From an uncultured Lachnospiraceae bacterium (GTDB lineage: Bacteria > Bacillota > Clostridia > Lachnospirales > Lachnospiraceae), in contig CAKQYU010000005.1 in assembly GCA_934293575.1 (NCBI GenBank), forward strand, positions 46,147-110,146: a stretch of 64,000 nucleotides of DNA, read 5' to 3'. Positions 25,579-36,062 of this stretch are shown piece after piece; position 1 is the stretch's first letter, and every line of letters starts with the position of its first letter. The translations under genes were made by a program, and so were the position numbers. The notes beneath the pieces were generated by a model, which saw only the letters and a program-made list of their open reading frames with translations, was not told the DNA's origin and did no database searches.

Positions 25579-27462
25579 ATGAAAGAAAAAATTCTAAGAG
25601 CAGTTGAATTATTATATCAGTCAAACGTTAAAGAAGCTTATGAAATAATTGCAGCAATGATACAAGATATGGAGGGGATACTAAATGGATTATCCCCACA
25701 AAGCTATCCACAGGTTATAGCAATACTATCGCGTATTATACAGTTGATGAATGACAAAAAAACACTTGAATTGGCACAAACATTACAATTTGATTTTTTA
25801 CCTTTTGTATATGGGGAAGTTATAGATGGTATATCCAGAGAACAGGCAGCGGCAAACGGTTTTGCAGCGCAATATAAAAATGTTGAGGAAGATGCAGTTA
25901 TTGTTGTATTTGGTATATTGAATAAAGAATATATTACAACAATACAAAATAATTGCAACAACAATCTTGTTATTTTCTACCATCCGGGTATATGGGATAT
26001 GGAAGATATGGAAAAGCTTCCTTCTAATGTATATCTTTTAGCGGATTTTGATAAAGATGAAAAATTAAGCGATAAACATAAGTATGACCGAACGGAATTT
26101 CCTTTGGTTTTAAAAGAATGTATAACGGAAGCAAATAAAAATAAAGTATATATTTCAGCATTGCCGGGAAATAAGGAACAGTACAAAGCGGAATATGAGA
26201 CTTTCAAAGAAAAGATTCAATTCCGGTTAGAAATGGTAAGTATTAATTCTTATACTGCAAAAGCATTGGGGCATATAGTTGTTAAGAATAATTTGAATAT
26301 TTTTCCGTTTTTGTTAAATGGTTACTGTATTGATTCATTTGTTGGCAGTTTTCCGGATAATCTGGCGGCAATTATTGTTTCAGCGGGACCGTCATTGCTT
26401 CAAAATGTTGAACAATTAAAAAATATTAAGGGAAAGGCTTTGATTGTATGTGTGGATACAGCTGCTCATACATTGTTAGAACGGGATATCATTCCGGATT
26501 TTATTGTGACAGTTGATCCGAGAAAGGATTTATCCCTTTTTGATGATGTGCGGATAAAAGATATTCCCATTATTGGATCTTCCGATATGAGCTGTAATGT
26601 GCTTTCTAAAATACAGTGCAGAAATCTTATAATGGCAAGTGTAAAGAATCCGTTTATTCAAAAACTTTATGAACGTGAGAAGCATCATGTTGATGAATTA
26701 GAAAGTGGTGGTTCCGTTGCTACCTTTGCATATTCTTTTTGTAAATTTGTTGGGATAAAGAAAATTGTATTTATAGGGCAGGATTTGGCATTGACAGGTA
26801 ATCAGATGTATGCGGGAAAAGAAAAAATAAATATGGATAAGTTTAACAGAGAACTGATTTCTGTAGAGAAATATGGTGGTGGAACAGTTTATACAACAAG
26901 AGATTATTACAGCTATTTAATTTGGTTTGAACAACAGGTGCAAATGAATAAAGATATTGTTCATTTGAATGCAACACAAGGGGGGGCTAGAATCCATGGT
27001 GTTCAAGAGTGTTCACTTGAGGAAGTAATACAAAAGTGGGCAGTTGAAAATATGGATGTGAAAGGATATATCAATCATTCTATGATTCCGGTATTTGATG
27101 ACAAGGAGAAGGCGAAGGATGAAATTTATAATTATGAACAAAGATATTTTGAGATAGGGATTCAGTTAGAACGTGCAGGAAATGCTGCAAAACGGTTACA
27201 AAACAATGGTGTACTCAGTAAAGATGAAAAAAAACAAGCGGAAGATATAATACAGAATACGGTTAAGATGTTTGATGAAAGTACGCAGGCATTTTTGATT
27301 TTGAGGGAAGTGGATGCTACAAATCTGGATGAATATATGGATATATGTTCTACAGAGGTTGAGAAAAATACTTTGGAACATTATCGGTTGTTGGGAAGAT
27401 ATTTTGCATGTTTGTTACGGGCAACAAAAAATATACAAAATATTATTTTGGAGAAAAGATAA
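25579..27462 (+). CDS. Motility-accessory-factor (Maf)-like flagellin glycosyltransferase, MptE-like/DUF115 core
   Basis: Shares a Rossmann-like core with the 30495 ORF (AIIVSAGPSL...DFIVTVDPRKD vs IIVGAGPSL...DYIIITDPKE). The two flank nonulosonic-acid genes beside the flagellins, as Campylobacter maf genes do. Confidence 0.6.
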   Translation: MKEKILRAVELLYQSNVKEAYEIIAAMIQDMEGILNGLSPQSYPQVIAILSRIIQLMNDKKTLELAQTLQFDFLPFVYGEVIDGISREQAAANGFAAQYKNVEEDAVIVVFGILNKEYITTIQNNCNNNLVIFYHPGIWDMEDMEKLPSNVYLLADFDKDEKLSDKHKYDRTEFPLVLKECITEANKNKVYISALPGNKEQYKAEYETFKEKIQFRLEMVSINSYTAKALGHIVVKNNLNIFPFLLNGYCIDSFVGSFPDNLAAIIVSAGPSLLQNVEQLKNIKGKALIVCVDTAAHTLLERDIIPDFIVTVDPRKDLSLFDDVRIKDIPIIGSSDMSCNVLSKIQCRNLIMASVKNPFIQKLYEREKHHVDELESGGSVATFAYSFCKFVGIKKIVFIGQDLALTGNQMYAGKEKINMDKFNRELISVEKYGGGTVYTTRDYYSYLIWFEQQVQMNKDIVHLNATQGGARIHGVQECSLEEVIQKWAVENMDVKGYINHSMIPVFDDKEKAKDEIYNYEQRYFEIGIQLERAGNAAKRLQNNGVLSKDEKKQAEDIIQNTVKMFDESTQAFLILREVDATNLDEYMDICSTEVEKNTLEHYRLLGRYFACLLRATKNIQNIILEKR

Positions 27463-27464
27463 AT

Positions 27465-28160
27465 CTAGTTCATCTGCAAATAATCCTTTGCACGTTTTAA
27501 ATCATCAAAACTATCGATATCAATGGAAACTTCCTTTGACATAATATAAGGGAGACGGTTGTCATTTAAACTGGTTTGTTCGTTAAAATTATCATCGATT
27601 CGATTAATATAAATGGAGCCGTTAACCGTATATACGGCTGGAAAATCCTGACGCCGCACGGTACTTGAAATTGGAAGGATGGATTGTAAATGTCCATCTT
27701 CTTTTATTGTACGCATCAAAATTGGATGTTGTGTTACGGGACATACACTTACCAGAGAATTTTCATCTGAATTAAGCAAAAGTTCAATGGCTTCATCAAT
27801 CCATTGCGGTTGTCGAATGGGTTGAGTAGGTTGTAAAAGAACGACATAATCGTAGTAATCCCCTTGAGCCTTCAAATAGTCTATCGCATGTAACATACAG
27901 TCAATTGTTTTGGATGTATCCATAGAAAGAACGGCAGGTCTTAAAAATGGAGCACTTGCACCATAGGAGATTGCGATATTCTGGATAACGGAAGAATCTG
28001 TGGATACTAAAACATTATCAATATATGTACTTTTCAGTCCGGATTCAATAGAGTATGAAATCAATGGTTTTCCGCATAAATCTATTATATTTTTATTTGG
28101 GATTCCCTTGCTGCCACCTCTTGCGGGAATGATTGCAAGGATACGTTTGTTTTTGTACAT
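27465..28160 (-). CDS. CMP-nonulosonic acid synthetase (acylneuraminate cytidylyltransferase family; NeuA/LegF/PseF-like)
   Basis: ILAIIPARGGSKGIPNKNI N-terminal motif. Confidence 0.8.
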   Translation of the reverse strand: MYKNKRILAIIPARGGSKGIPNKNIIDLCGKPLISYSIESGLKSTYIDNVLVSTDSSVIQNIAISYGASAPFLRPAVLSMDTSKTIDCMLHAIDYLKAQGDYYDYVVLLQPTQPIRQPQWIDEAIELLLNSDENSLVSVCPVTQHPILMRTIKEDGHLQSILPISSTVRRQDFPAVYTVNGSIYINRIDDNFNEQTSLNDNRLPYIMSKEVSIDIDSFDDLKRAKDYLQMN

Positions 28161-28172
28161 TCCTGTTAACCT

Positions 28173-29327
28173 CTATATATCAATATCAATAAAATTCTTT
28201 TGGATGGTTGTATTCCAGATGTAAGAATCCAATAGAATACTTTCAAATATCTTATCACTGTCACCTTTTCCAAAGTAAGATGTCGATTCCAGTTTTTTCT
28301 GCTTTGCCTGTGAAAGAACCTGTGTTGTAAACTGATCTTCATCGATATGTGTAATATGTGTATTTTTGTTTGGGTTATATCTTCCTTTTTGTCTGGAACC
28401 CAAGTCAATAGCCGGAATTCCGTAAATACATGCTTCACGGATACCGGAGCTTGAATTTCCGATAATACAGTCAGAAGATTGAAGCAGCGTTAAAAAATAT
28501 TCAAAACGCATAGATGGAATAATCCGAAAATGATGATTTCCCTGCAATTGATTATAGGTAGCTAATATTTGTTCGCTTCCGGCATCATTATTTGGATAAA
28601 TTACTACAAAATTTTCCTTGGATTCCGTTAAAGTATGAACCAAACATTGAGTGTGATTTGTTATCATATTAAGTTCTGTAGTTACCGGATGATATAATAC
28701 TATATTATAGGAATCAAAAGGCAATTCATAATAATTTTTGACTTCGGATAAAGATGGTAATTTTTTTGAATACATAATGTCTATATCCGGTGAACCGAAA
28801 ATAAAAATATGATCTGCCGGTTCACCAAGCTGGATAATTCTTTTTTTTGCATCTTCGTTTGCAACAAAATGAAAATGCGAAAATTTGCTGATGGCGTGTC
28901 GGATGGATTCATCTATAGTTCCGGAAACTTCGCCGCCCTCAATATGAAATACCCGGATATTATGAAATGCTCCCACAATGGCACCGGCCAAGGCCTCCAA
29001 GCGGTCACCATGGACAACAATAGCATCCGGAGATAATTCATTTATGTAGTTGCTAAAACCGGTAATCGTATTACTAAGTGCAATATCCATATCGGTGGAG
29101 CTGTTTTGATTAACAAATGTATAGATATTAGGAAAACCGTCTTTTATTATTTCTTTATAAGTGGAACCGTATCGTGCCAGCATATGCATTCCGGTAGCAA
29201 AAATATGTACATCAAATTTATCGTTATTATTTAATATGCGAATTAAAGATTTTAATTTTCCGTAGTCTGCCCGGGTTCCGGTTAAAAACACAATTTTTCG
29301 GCGCTGACAGTTATCTTTTGTGCTCAT
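28173..29327 (-). CDS. UDP-N-acetylglucosamine 2-epimerase (hydrolysing), NeuC/LegG-like
   Basis: KIVFLTGTRADYGKL...HIEGGEVSG. Start trimmed to MSTKDN (RBS aaggagaa); the longer track ORF overlaps neuB. Confidence 0.8.
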   Translation of the reverse strand: MSTKDNCQRRKIVFLTGTRADYGKLKSLIRILNNNDKFDVHIFATGMHMLARYGSTYKEIIKDGFPNIYTFVNQNSSTDMDIALSNTITGFSNYINELSPDAIVVHGDRLEALAGAIVGAFHNIRVFHIEGGEVSGTIDESIRHAISKFSHFHFVANEDAKKRIIQLGEPADHIFIFGSPDIDIMYSKKLPSLSEVKNYYELPFDSYNIVLYHPVTTELNMITNHTQCLVHTLTESKENFVVIYPNNDAGSEQILATYNQLQGNHHFRIIPSMRFEYFLTLLQSSDCIIGNSSSGIREACIYGIPAIDLGSRQKGRYNPNKNTHITHIDEDQFTTQVLSQAKQKKLESTSYFGKGDSDKIFESILLDSYIWNTTIQKNFIDIDI

Positions 29328-29341
29328 TTGATTCTCCTTAT

Positions 29342-30373
29342 TTATAATGATACATCCTGCATGGTAAGGTGTTCGCCTTTTGGGATATCCCGTCTGGCAA
29401 TTTGTCCAAGGCATTGATTAAAATATTCGGCTTTTATCTGTCCGGTTCCGGGACGTTTTACCCAAATGTTATCCTTAGAAAAAGGTTCACCCTTTTTGAT
29501 GTCTTTTATTGTAACGACTGTTGCAAAAGCAAAATCAATGGTTACCTGTTCTTCCGGCAATGCCTGTTTGCTTCCTCCGCGCATTAAGAAGATTTCTTTT
29601 GAATCATGGATAAGGGAAGATAAAGCAACGGTGTCCATGGAACAGATGATATCAGGTCCCTCTCTGTACATACTATCCGTAAAATGCCGTTCTAAAAGGC
29701 TTGCGCCTAAGGCTGTAGCAGCGAGGCAGGCATTATTGTTCAAACTGTGGTCGGATAATCCGATTGGTATACCCGGAAATTGTTCCATAAGTTCTTTCAT
29801 GGCTCCAAGTCGGATGTATTCCGGTTTGGTTGGATAAATGTTTGTACAGTGCATAAGTGCATAATCAATATGATATTTTTCTAAAATAGTAACTGTTTTT
29901 TTGATACTTGCGATATCGTTCATACCCGTAGAGACAATCATCGGTTTACCAAACTGAGCGATATGTTCAATTAACGGATAGTTGTTACATTCGCCGGAAC
30001 CGATTTTATAGGCGGAAACATTCATACGTTCCAATCGGTCGGCAGCTGCTCTGGAAAAAGGAGTACTTAAAAAAATCATACCTTTTGATTCAACGTAGTT
30101 TTTTAATTGACATTCTTCTTCCTCTGACAGCGCACAACGAGCCATAATATCATAAATGGAAACATCTGCGTTGCCGGGTATTACATTTTTGGCAGCCGGA
30201 GACATTTCGTCTTCTACGACATGCGTTTGGTGTTTGATAATCTCTGCGCCTGCATTTTTTGCAGCGTCTACCATTTCAAAAGCGGTTTGTAATGAACCTT
30301 CATGATTAATTCCTATTTCTGCAATAACAAGAGGTGGAAATTCCGGTCCGATTTTACGATTTTCAATCTGCAT
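29342..30373 (-). CDS. N-acylneuraminate-9-phosphate/nonulosonic acid synthase (NeuB/LegI/PseI-like) with C-terminal SAF domain
   Basis: [16 protein letters not shown]-terminus, TIM-barrel motifs; C-terminal antifreeze-like domain (VKRPGTGQI...). Confidence 0.85.
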   Translation of the reverse strand: MQIENRKIGPEFPPLVIAEIGINHEGSLQTAFEMVDAAKNAGAEIIKHQTHVVEDEMSPAAKNVIPGNADVSIYDIMARCALSEEEECQLKNYVESKGMIFLSTPFSRAAADRLERMNVSAYKIGSGECNNYPLIEHIAQFGKPMIVSTGMNDIASIKKTVTILEKYHIDYALMHCTNIYPTKPEYIRLGAMKELMEQFPGIPIGLSDHSLNNNACLAATALGASLLERHFTDSMYREGPDIICSMDTVALSSLIHDSKEIFLMRGGSKQALPEEQVTIDFAFATVVTIKDIKKGEPFSKDNIWVKRPGTGQIKAEYFNQCLGQIARRDIPKGEHLTMQDVSL

Positions 30374-30494
30374 AAAGAGTCCTCTTTTCCTTTAACTTAC
30401 AATGATTATACAATGCCGGGTATGCAAAAGCAAATAGATTTATCGGGGGTGCTATGCTATAATATTTTAGAAATATTTTAGAAATGGAGATTGT

Positions 30495-32168
30495 ATGAAA
30501 CACATTTATGATGAAAATAAAATTCTGATACAACAGGTATATCAGATGAAAGAGTATATTAATAAACAGGAGAATGTAAGAATTTTATGGTTGATTACAC
30601 AACTGGCACAACGTATTGCCAAATTACTTACGGAAGTAATTGAAAAACGCGATGCTTTTGCACAATTGGGAATGGAAATAAATGAGGAATATATTTTTTC
30701 TGTTTTAAATCAGATGCTTGGTGCACAGGAGGCAGAAGATTATATTTTATACGGAGATATTTTACAACTTCAGATGTTGCCGATTCTTTTGGAAATACAA
30801 AATGCGATTCAGAGTAGTTGTGAGGACTTAACGGAATCTTTTTGGGATCAAAATATGGATGCTTTAAAAAAGAATGATGTTGAATTGTATGAGCAGATGT
30901 TAAATTGTGAAGCATTGCATGCAAAATCTCCTTATTGTAATGATGTATATTCAATTGAAAATACAAATGTTGGGGCATTGACCTTGGCGGTTGATAATGG
31001 GGAATATCGGATTTATCTGCATAGCAATGAAAATCCAATGGATTCAGCCAGACAATTGATAGATGCGTATTACGATCCGTATAAGAATGATTACGTGATA
31101 TATGGGTTAGGTCTTTGCTATCATTGTAGATATCTTGCATCGCTGGATTATGATTTGGATATTACAATTATAGAAAATGATATTGGAATTTTGCAACTTG
31201 CTATGAACTATATGGATATGAGCTGGTATTTTAACCATCCGGGTGTAAAGATAATTTATGATGGGGATTGGAAAAAATGGGGAACAATTTTGAAGGAGCG
31301 AGAAGATGCAGTTGTTTTACTTCATCAACCATCTGTGAGACGGATTAAAAATCAGGAGATTCAGCAGCAAATTCAGAAATTCATGGTGCATGAGGGTTCA
31401 ATGCGGGCAAGAAGTAACCGGATGATACGGAATTTCCTTTATAATACAAAGCATTGTGAATTAGATATCACTGCCTTGCAACAGGACTTCCGAGGAAAGA
31501 ACGTGATTATTGTGGGAGCGGGACCTTCCCTGGATTTGAATGTGCAGCTGTTGAAGGAGAAAAAGGAAAATACCATTATTCTGGCGATGGGAGCCGTTTG
31601 CCGTAAATTATATAATCTGGGTATTCCTATGGATTATATTATTATTACAGATCCGAAAGAGATATCCAACGGACAGATTGCCGGTCTGGAACACCTTGAG
31701 ATACCGATGATTTTAATGTCTACTGCAACAAAAGGTGTGGCAAGATATTATCACGGAAAAAAATATCTGCTTTGTCAAAAAGGGTTTCCGGATGCCGAGC
31801 AGCTGGCAACTAAGAAGAATCTTCCGTTATTTGAAACCGGCGGTTCTGTGGCAACCACGGCTGTTGATATGTGTATCCGGTTTGATGTAAATAAAATTAT
31901 CTTTGTGGGAATGGATCTGGCATACACCGATAACAAAAACCATGCGTCCGGAGCCAGGGATGAGGGGATTACGGATTATTCCGGCATGATTATGGTAGAG
32001 GATGTATATGGAAAAGAGGTTCCAACCACAAGGCCGTTTTTGATGTACCGGGAATGGATTGAACGGCGGATTGCAAGGAAGGATGTTACGATGCCTGTAA
32101 TTGATGCCACAGAAGGCGGCGCACGGATTCAGGGCAGTGAAGTAAGAAAGCTTTCGGATGTGTTATGA
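30495..32168 (+). CDS. Maf-like flagellin glycosyltransferase, second paralog
   Basis: DUF115-like core GKNVIIVGAGPSLD...DYIIITDPKE...ETGGSVATTAVD; paralog of the 25579 ORF. Confidence 0.6.
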   Translation: MKHIYDENKILIQQVYQMKEYINKQENVRILWLITQLAQRIAKLLTEVIEKRDAFAQLGMEINEEYIFSVLNQMLGAQEAEDYILYGDILQLQMLPILLEIQNAIQSSCEDLTESFWDQNMDALKKNDVELYEQMLNCEALHAKSPYCNDVYSIENTNVGALTLAVDNGEYRIYLHSNENPMDSARQLIDAYYDPYKNDYVIYGLGLCYHCRYLASLDYDLDITIIENDIGILQLAMNYMDMSWYFNHPGVKIIYDGDWKKWGTILKEREDAVVLLHQPSVRRIKNQEIQQQIQKFMVHEGSMRARSNRMIRNFLYNTKHCELDITALQQDFRGKNVIIVGAGPSLDLNVQLLKEKKENTIILAMGAVCRKLYNLGIPMDYIIITDPKEISNGQIAGLEHLEIPMILMSTATKGVARYYHGKKYLLCQKGFPDAEQLATKKNLPLFETGGSVATTAVDMCIRFDVNKIIFVGMDLAYTDNKNHASGARDEGITDYSGMIMVEDVYGKEVPTTRPFLMYREWIERRIARKDVTMPVIDATEGGARIQGSEVRKLSDVL

Positions 32169-32294
32169 GGGGGATTACCGATAATACATAAATGATGATA
32201 TAAGTATAAAGATTATTGCAAGAGTTACCGATACTAGTAGTGCAAGGATGCTGGAAATGTTTAAAGGATGTAAGGATCTAATATAGATATTTGA

Positions 32295-32329
32295 AAGCCA
32301 TATTTGCAACGGAATATGGCTTTTGTTTT
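32295..32329 (+). terminator. Rho-independent terminator after the maf paralog; may also act as a leader attenuator of the next gene
   Basis: AAGCCATATT-tgcaacgg-AATATGGCTT followed by ttgtttt. Confidence 0.5.
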
Positions 32330-32354
32330 ATATTGTTACAACAGGGAGAAGACG

Positions 32355-33347
32355 ATGATTCGTATTAGACAGGCAGAGTATGAAGATATACCGCTTATTA
32401 TGAAATTTATAGATGAGCACTGGAAGAAGGATCATATTTTTGCAAGGGATAGGAAATTTTTTGAATGGCAGTTTGTTGAAAATGGAAAAGTAAATTTTTA
32501 TTTAGGAATTGATGAGGAACAAAAAAAGATTTATGGTGTGTTAGGAGTGATTCTGTATAATCATAGCGAACATCCTGATATATCGGGAACCATATGGAAA
32601 ACGATTAAAAGTGATAATCCAATATTAGGTATTGAGATAGATCGTTATATGTTTTATGCTTTACAAACAAGGTATGCCTGCTCAGCCGGCATAAGTGAAA
32701 AGGCAAAAAGAATTTATCAGATGATGGGGCATAAAATTGTTTTGATGGATCATTTTTATCGGTTGGGTGACTTTAATGAGTATAAAATTGCTAAAATAAA
32801 AAACAAGAAGATTCCACAAATAGAAAATACAGATTATGAATTAAGAAAAATTTTTTCTCTGAGTGAAATGAAAGCAATTATATCCGAGGAAAATTTAAAA
32901 AATAGTGTTATGAGCAAGGATTATGATTATATTGAAAAAAGATATTTTGAACACCCCATTTATAATTATGATATTTGGAAAATCCAAAACTCAAAACGGA
33001 TAGGAGAAGCTGTATTGGTTACTAGAGAGGAGCAGGTCGCAAACAGTAAAATATGTAAAATTATAGACTATTACGGAGATGCAAAATTGTTAGGAAAAAT
33101 AACCCCTGCACTTGATCGATTGATAATGGAAAAATCATATGAGTATGTTGATGTTTATTCTTACGGAGTAGATAGACAGATATACGAGCAGGCAGGATTT
33201 ATTTCCGTGGAGGAAAATGATGAGAATATTATCCCCAATTATTTTCATCCCTTTGAGAAAAAAAATGTTTTTCTGAATATGCTTGATCCCCAAATTGCTG
33301 GTCTTCGTTTATTTCGAGGAGATGGGGATCAGGATAGACCGTGTTAA
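32355..33347 (+). CDS. Acetyltransferase-like protein (GNAT-like N-terminal region plus a second domain), putative
   Basis: IRIRQAEYEDIPLIMKFI resembles a GNAT start; RBS gggagaag. Weak, motif-level only. Confidence 0.35.
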   Translation: MIRIRQAEYEDIPLIMKFIDEHWKKDHIFARDRKFFEWQFVENGKVNFYLGIDEEQKKIYGVLGVILYNHSEHPDISGTIWKTIKSDNPILGIEIDRYMFYALQTRYACSAGISEKAKRIYQMMGHKIVLMDHFYRLGDFNEYKIAKIKNKKIPQIENTDYELRKIFSLSEMKAIISEENLKNSVMSKDYDYIEKRYFEHPIYNYDIWKIQNSKRIGEAVLVTREEQVANSKICKIIDYYGDAKLLGKITPALDRLIMEKSYEYVDVYSYGVDRQIYEQAGFISVEENDENIIPNYFHPFEKKNVFLNMLDPQIAGLRLFRGDGDQDRPC

Positions 33348-33373
33348 TATAAAGAGTTATAAAGGATGAGAAA

Positions 33374-34099
33374 ATGAAATATTATTTAGTAACAGGTGCC
33401 TCTTCCGGTATTGGAAGAGAAGTTGCAAAACAAATATCAAATGAAGATACAACTGTTGTCTTAGTAGCAAGAAGAGAAGATAAATTAAAGGAGTTACAAT
33501 TAGAATTAATGGGACCCTCCGTTGTAATACCTTGTGATTTGCGGCGGAGTGTGGATATAAAAAATGTTTTTGATGAATTGAGTAAGAAAAAAATAAAACT
33601 TGATGGTTTGGTGTATTGTGCCGGAATATGTTTTGTAAAACCAATTAAAATTATGGAAGAAAATGAATTGCAGGATATGTTTCAGATTAATGTATTTGCT
33701 TTTTACGAAATGTGTAGGTATTTTTCGCAGGTTAGTGTTTCTAACAAAGGTGCCTGTATTGTTGGTGTTTCATCTTATGCAGCGGTTTCTAAAGAAGCTG
33801 GGATGTCTGCATATGCCATGACGAAAGAATCTATGAATGTCCAAACACAGGTTTTGGCACAGGAATTTTTAAAAAGAAAAATCAGAATAAACACTGTAAT
33901 GCCGGCACATGTTATGTCAAAGATGGCAGAGGATGAAAATACATGGACTGAGGAAGAATTAGAGATTGTAAAATGTAAACAACCATTGGGAATTATACCA
34001 ATCGATAATGTTGTCAAGGTTATAAAGTTTTTGTTATCAAGGGATGCCCAATATATTACTGGTCAGTCTATTTCGATAAATGCAGGTTATATAAAGTAG
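33374..34099 (+). CDS. SDR-family oxidoreductase (ketoacyl-ACP reductase-like)
   Basis: TGASSGIGREVAK Rossmann motif, NVFAF, S..AY....K catalytic pattern. Confidence 0.8.
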   Translation: MKYYLVTGASSGIGREVAKQISNEDTTVVLVARREDKLKELQLELMGPSVVIPCDLRRSVDIKNVFDELSKKKIKLDGLVYCAGICFVKPIKIMEENELQDMFQINVFAFYEMCRYFSQVSVSNKGACIVGVSSYAAVSKEAGMSAYAMTKESMNVQTQVLAQEFLKRKIRINTVMPAHVMSKMAEDENTWTEEELEIVKCKQPLGIIPIDNVVKVIKFLLSRDAQYITGQSISINAGYIK

Positions 34100-34113
34100 A
34101 GGGGTGTTAGACA

Positions 34114-35766
34114 ATGAAGGGTACGTTTAATAATGTAAAAATCGAAGGTGTTGCATCGGCAGTTCCTTGTTATGTGATGGACAATATGGATTATGTTGAT
34201 TTGTTTGGTAAGAGGAGAGTAACAAAACAAATCAAGATGACAGGTGTTCGAAAACATCATATGTCATTAAGGTATCAAAAAACATCTGATTTATGCATAC
34301 GAGCAGCTAGAGATCTAATTAGGCATTTGGAGTGGGAAAAAAATGAAATAAAAATATTGGTTTTTTGTACGCAATCCGCAGATTATGAAATTCCAACAAC
34401 TGCCATTGATTTGGCGGAACGATTGGGACTGGGTCATGATTGCATGGCTTTTGATATAAATATAGGCTGTTCAGCTTTTGATTTGGGGATTCAAACTGTA
34501 GGAAGTTTGTTACAAAGTCAGCCGGATGGAACAAAGGCAATTTTATTGACTGGTGATGTATCGAGCGCCCTGCAAGGTGGAGATGTTTTAAAGAAAGAGG
34601 ATATCATTAATTCCATGATGTTTGGTTCGGCAGGTTCGGCGGTTGCTATTAAAAAGGAATCAGGGCATCAGATAGTTTTTCAGAATTTTAGTGATGGTTC
34701 TGGTTGGGATGCAATTTTAAGATATCGTCGTTCAAAGACAAAAATGCAAGGAAACCGGGTTTTTGAATTTGCAATTTATGATGTGGCAGAGCATGTGATG
34801 AATTTGAAAGAATCACTTCAGGTTGAGGATAGGGATATTGACTATTATTGTTTTAATCAGTCTCAGAAATTAATCTTGGAATGTTTGGTGGATACTTGTG
34901 GCTTGAATGGAGAAAAGGTTCTTTATTCCTATGAGGAATATGGAAACACATCTGGAGCATCCATTCCGGTTACGTTATGCCATAACAGGAATAAATTCCT
35001 AAATAAAGAGTCTATAAATATTTGCAGCTGCGGTTTTGGCGTTGGATTATCCTGTGGTATTTCTGTATTTCAGATTAATCCTAAGAATATTTTACCAATC
35101 ATTGAAACGGATGAGCATTTTGATGAACATATCAAGCATTGTAGTTTTCTAGACGAAAGATATGCTCTTTTGATGGATACATCTTCAGACATAGGACAGT
35201 TGATTGGAAGACAATTGGATCGGGATGGTTGTAATCTTGGTTTGTTTGGAGATACAAAGAGTGCTGCTGCTTTAACGGAGCAATTTTTTTGGAAGGATTG
35301 TGAAGTCTACGAAAGGGATGATTTAAAATCCATTGTGTCGCGTGGAGTCCAATATCATGCAGTCGTTTATAATTTAAACTGCATAGAAAAGGAGAAAATC
35401 CAAAAAGAGGTTTTGTATTTATATCAAAATCAGACACTACAGAACAATGCGGTTATTATTTTAATTTCGGAGGCTTGCGAAGAGGCTGATCTGAGGCTGT
35501 TTTTACAGAATTTAGAAGAACAATGCGACTATGGAATTCGGGCTAATGCAGTTCTTTATATTCGTGAAAGTATGGATTTATATCCTGATATTGGGGATCG
35601 TATGGATTGGGTAGAAAGAAAACTGGCGATGCTGGATTCACAGAATATGGATCGCCCATTTTATTTGACAAATGTTGTGGCGAGATTAGTGTCGTCAAAG
35701 TTTGCTGGAGTTTCACAGTCGGTTATTCATATTTCGGATGGCAACATAAATATGAGAGACTGTTAA
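34114..35766 (+). CDS. KASIII (FabH)-like protein no. 1 with a C-terminal degenerate Rossmann/SDR-like extension
   Basis: DINIGCSAFDLG (active-site Cys), FNQSQ in place of the HQAN His motif, and EYGNTSGASIP (Asn). The last ~200 aa include LLMDTSSDIGQLIG, reminiscent of VTGASSGIG. Confidence 0.65.
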   Translation: MKGTFNNVKIEGVASAVPCYVMDNMDYVDLFGKRRVTKQIKMTGVRKHHMSLRYQKTSDLCIRAARDLIRHLEWEKNEIKILVFCTQSADYEIPTTAIDLAERLGLGHDCMAFDINIGCSAFDLGIQTVGSLLQSQPDGTKAILLTGDVSSALQGGDVLKKEDIINSMMFGSAGSAVAIKKESGHQIVFQNFSDGSGWDAILRYRRSKTKMQGNRVFEFAIYDVAEHVMNLKESLQVEDRDIDYYCFNQSQKLILECLVDTCGLNGEKVLYSYEEYGNTSGASIPVTLCHNRNKFLNKESINICSCGFGVGLSCGISVFQINPKNILPIIETDEHFDEHIKHCSFLDERYALLMDTSSDIGQLIGRQLDRDGCNLGLFGDTKSAAALTEQFFWKDCEVYERDDLKSIVSRGVQYHAVVYNLNCIEKEKIQKEVLYLYQNQTLQNNAVIILISEACEEADLRLFLQNLEEQCDYGIRANAVLYIRESMDLYPDIGDRMDWVERKLAMLDSQNMDRPFYLTNVVARLVSSKFAGVSQSVIHISDGNINMRDC

Positions 35767-35796
35767 AAGATATATTTTATTATGGAGGATAAGATT

Positions 35797-36018
35797 ATGA
35801 CATTACAAGAGAAAATCGAAATGTTAGAGGAAGTTATGGATGTTGAAGAAGGAGAATTAAGTGAAGAGATGGTACTAAACGAGATTGAAGAATGGGATTC
35901 GTTAAGTACACTTTCATTAACCGTTGAAATGAAAAAAAGATTTGGAATGAATCTTACAGAGGAACAGATAAAAAACTTTCATACGGTGGGAGATATTTGT
36001 AATTATATTCCGGATTGA
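35797..36018 (+). CDS. Acyl carrier protein (subfamily A, 1 of 3)
   Basis: 74-aa acidic helical protein with an EEWDSLSTLSL phosphopantetheine-attachment motif. Start set 7 nt after ggagga. Confidence 0.7.
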   Translation: MTLQEKIEMLEEVMDVEEGELSEEMVLNEIEEWDSLSTLSLTVEMKKRFGMNLTEEQIKNFHTVGDICNYIPD

Positions 36019-36062
36019 GAAAAGATTACTTTGAAAATTTTGGTGAGGTGTTAATAAGTACT

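Noticed and set aside
28809-29837. Plus-strand ORFs (75, 72 and 123 aa) antisense to neuC/neuB
   Set aside because: Shadow ORFs inside strongly supported minus-strand genes.
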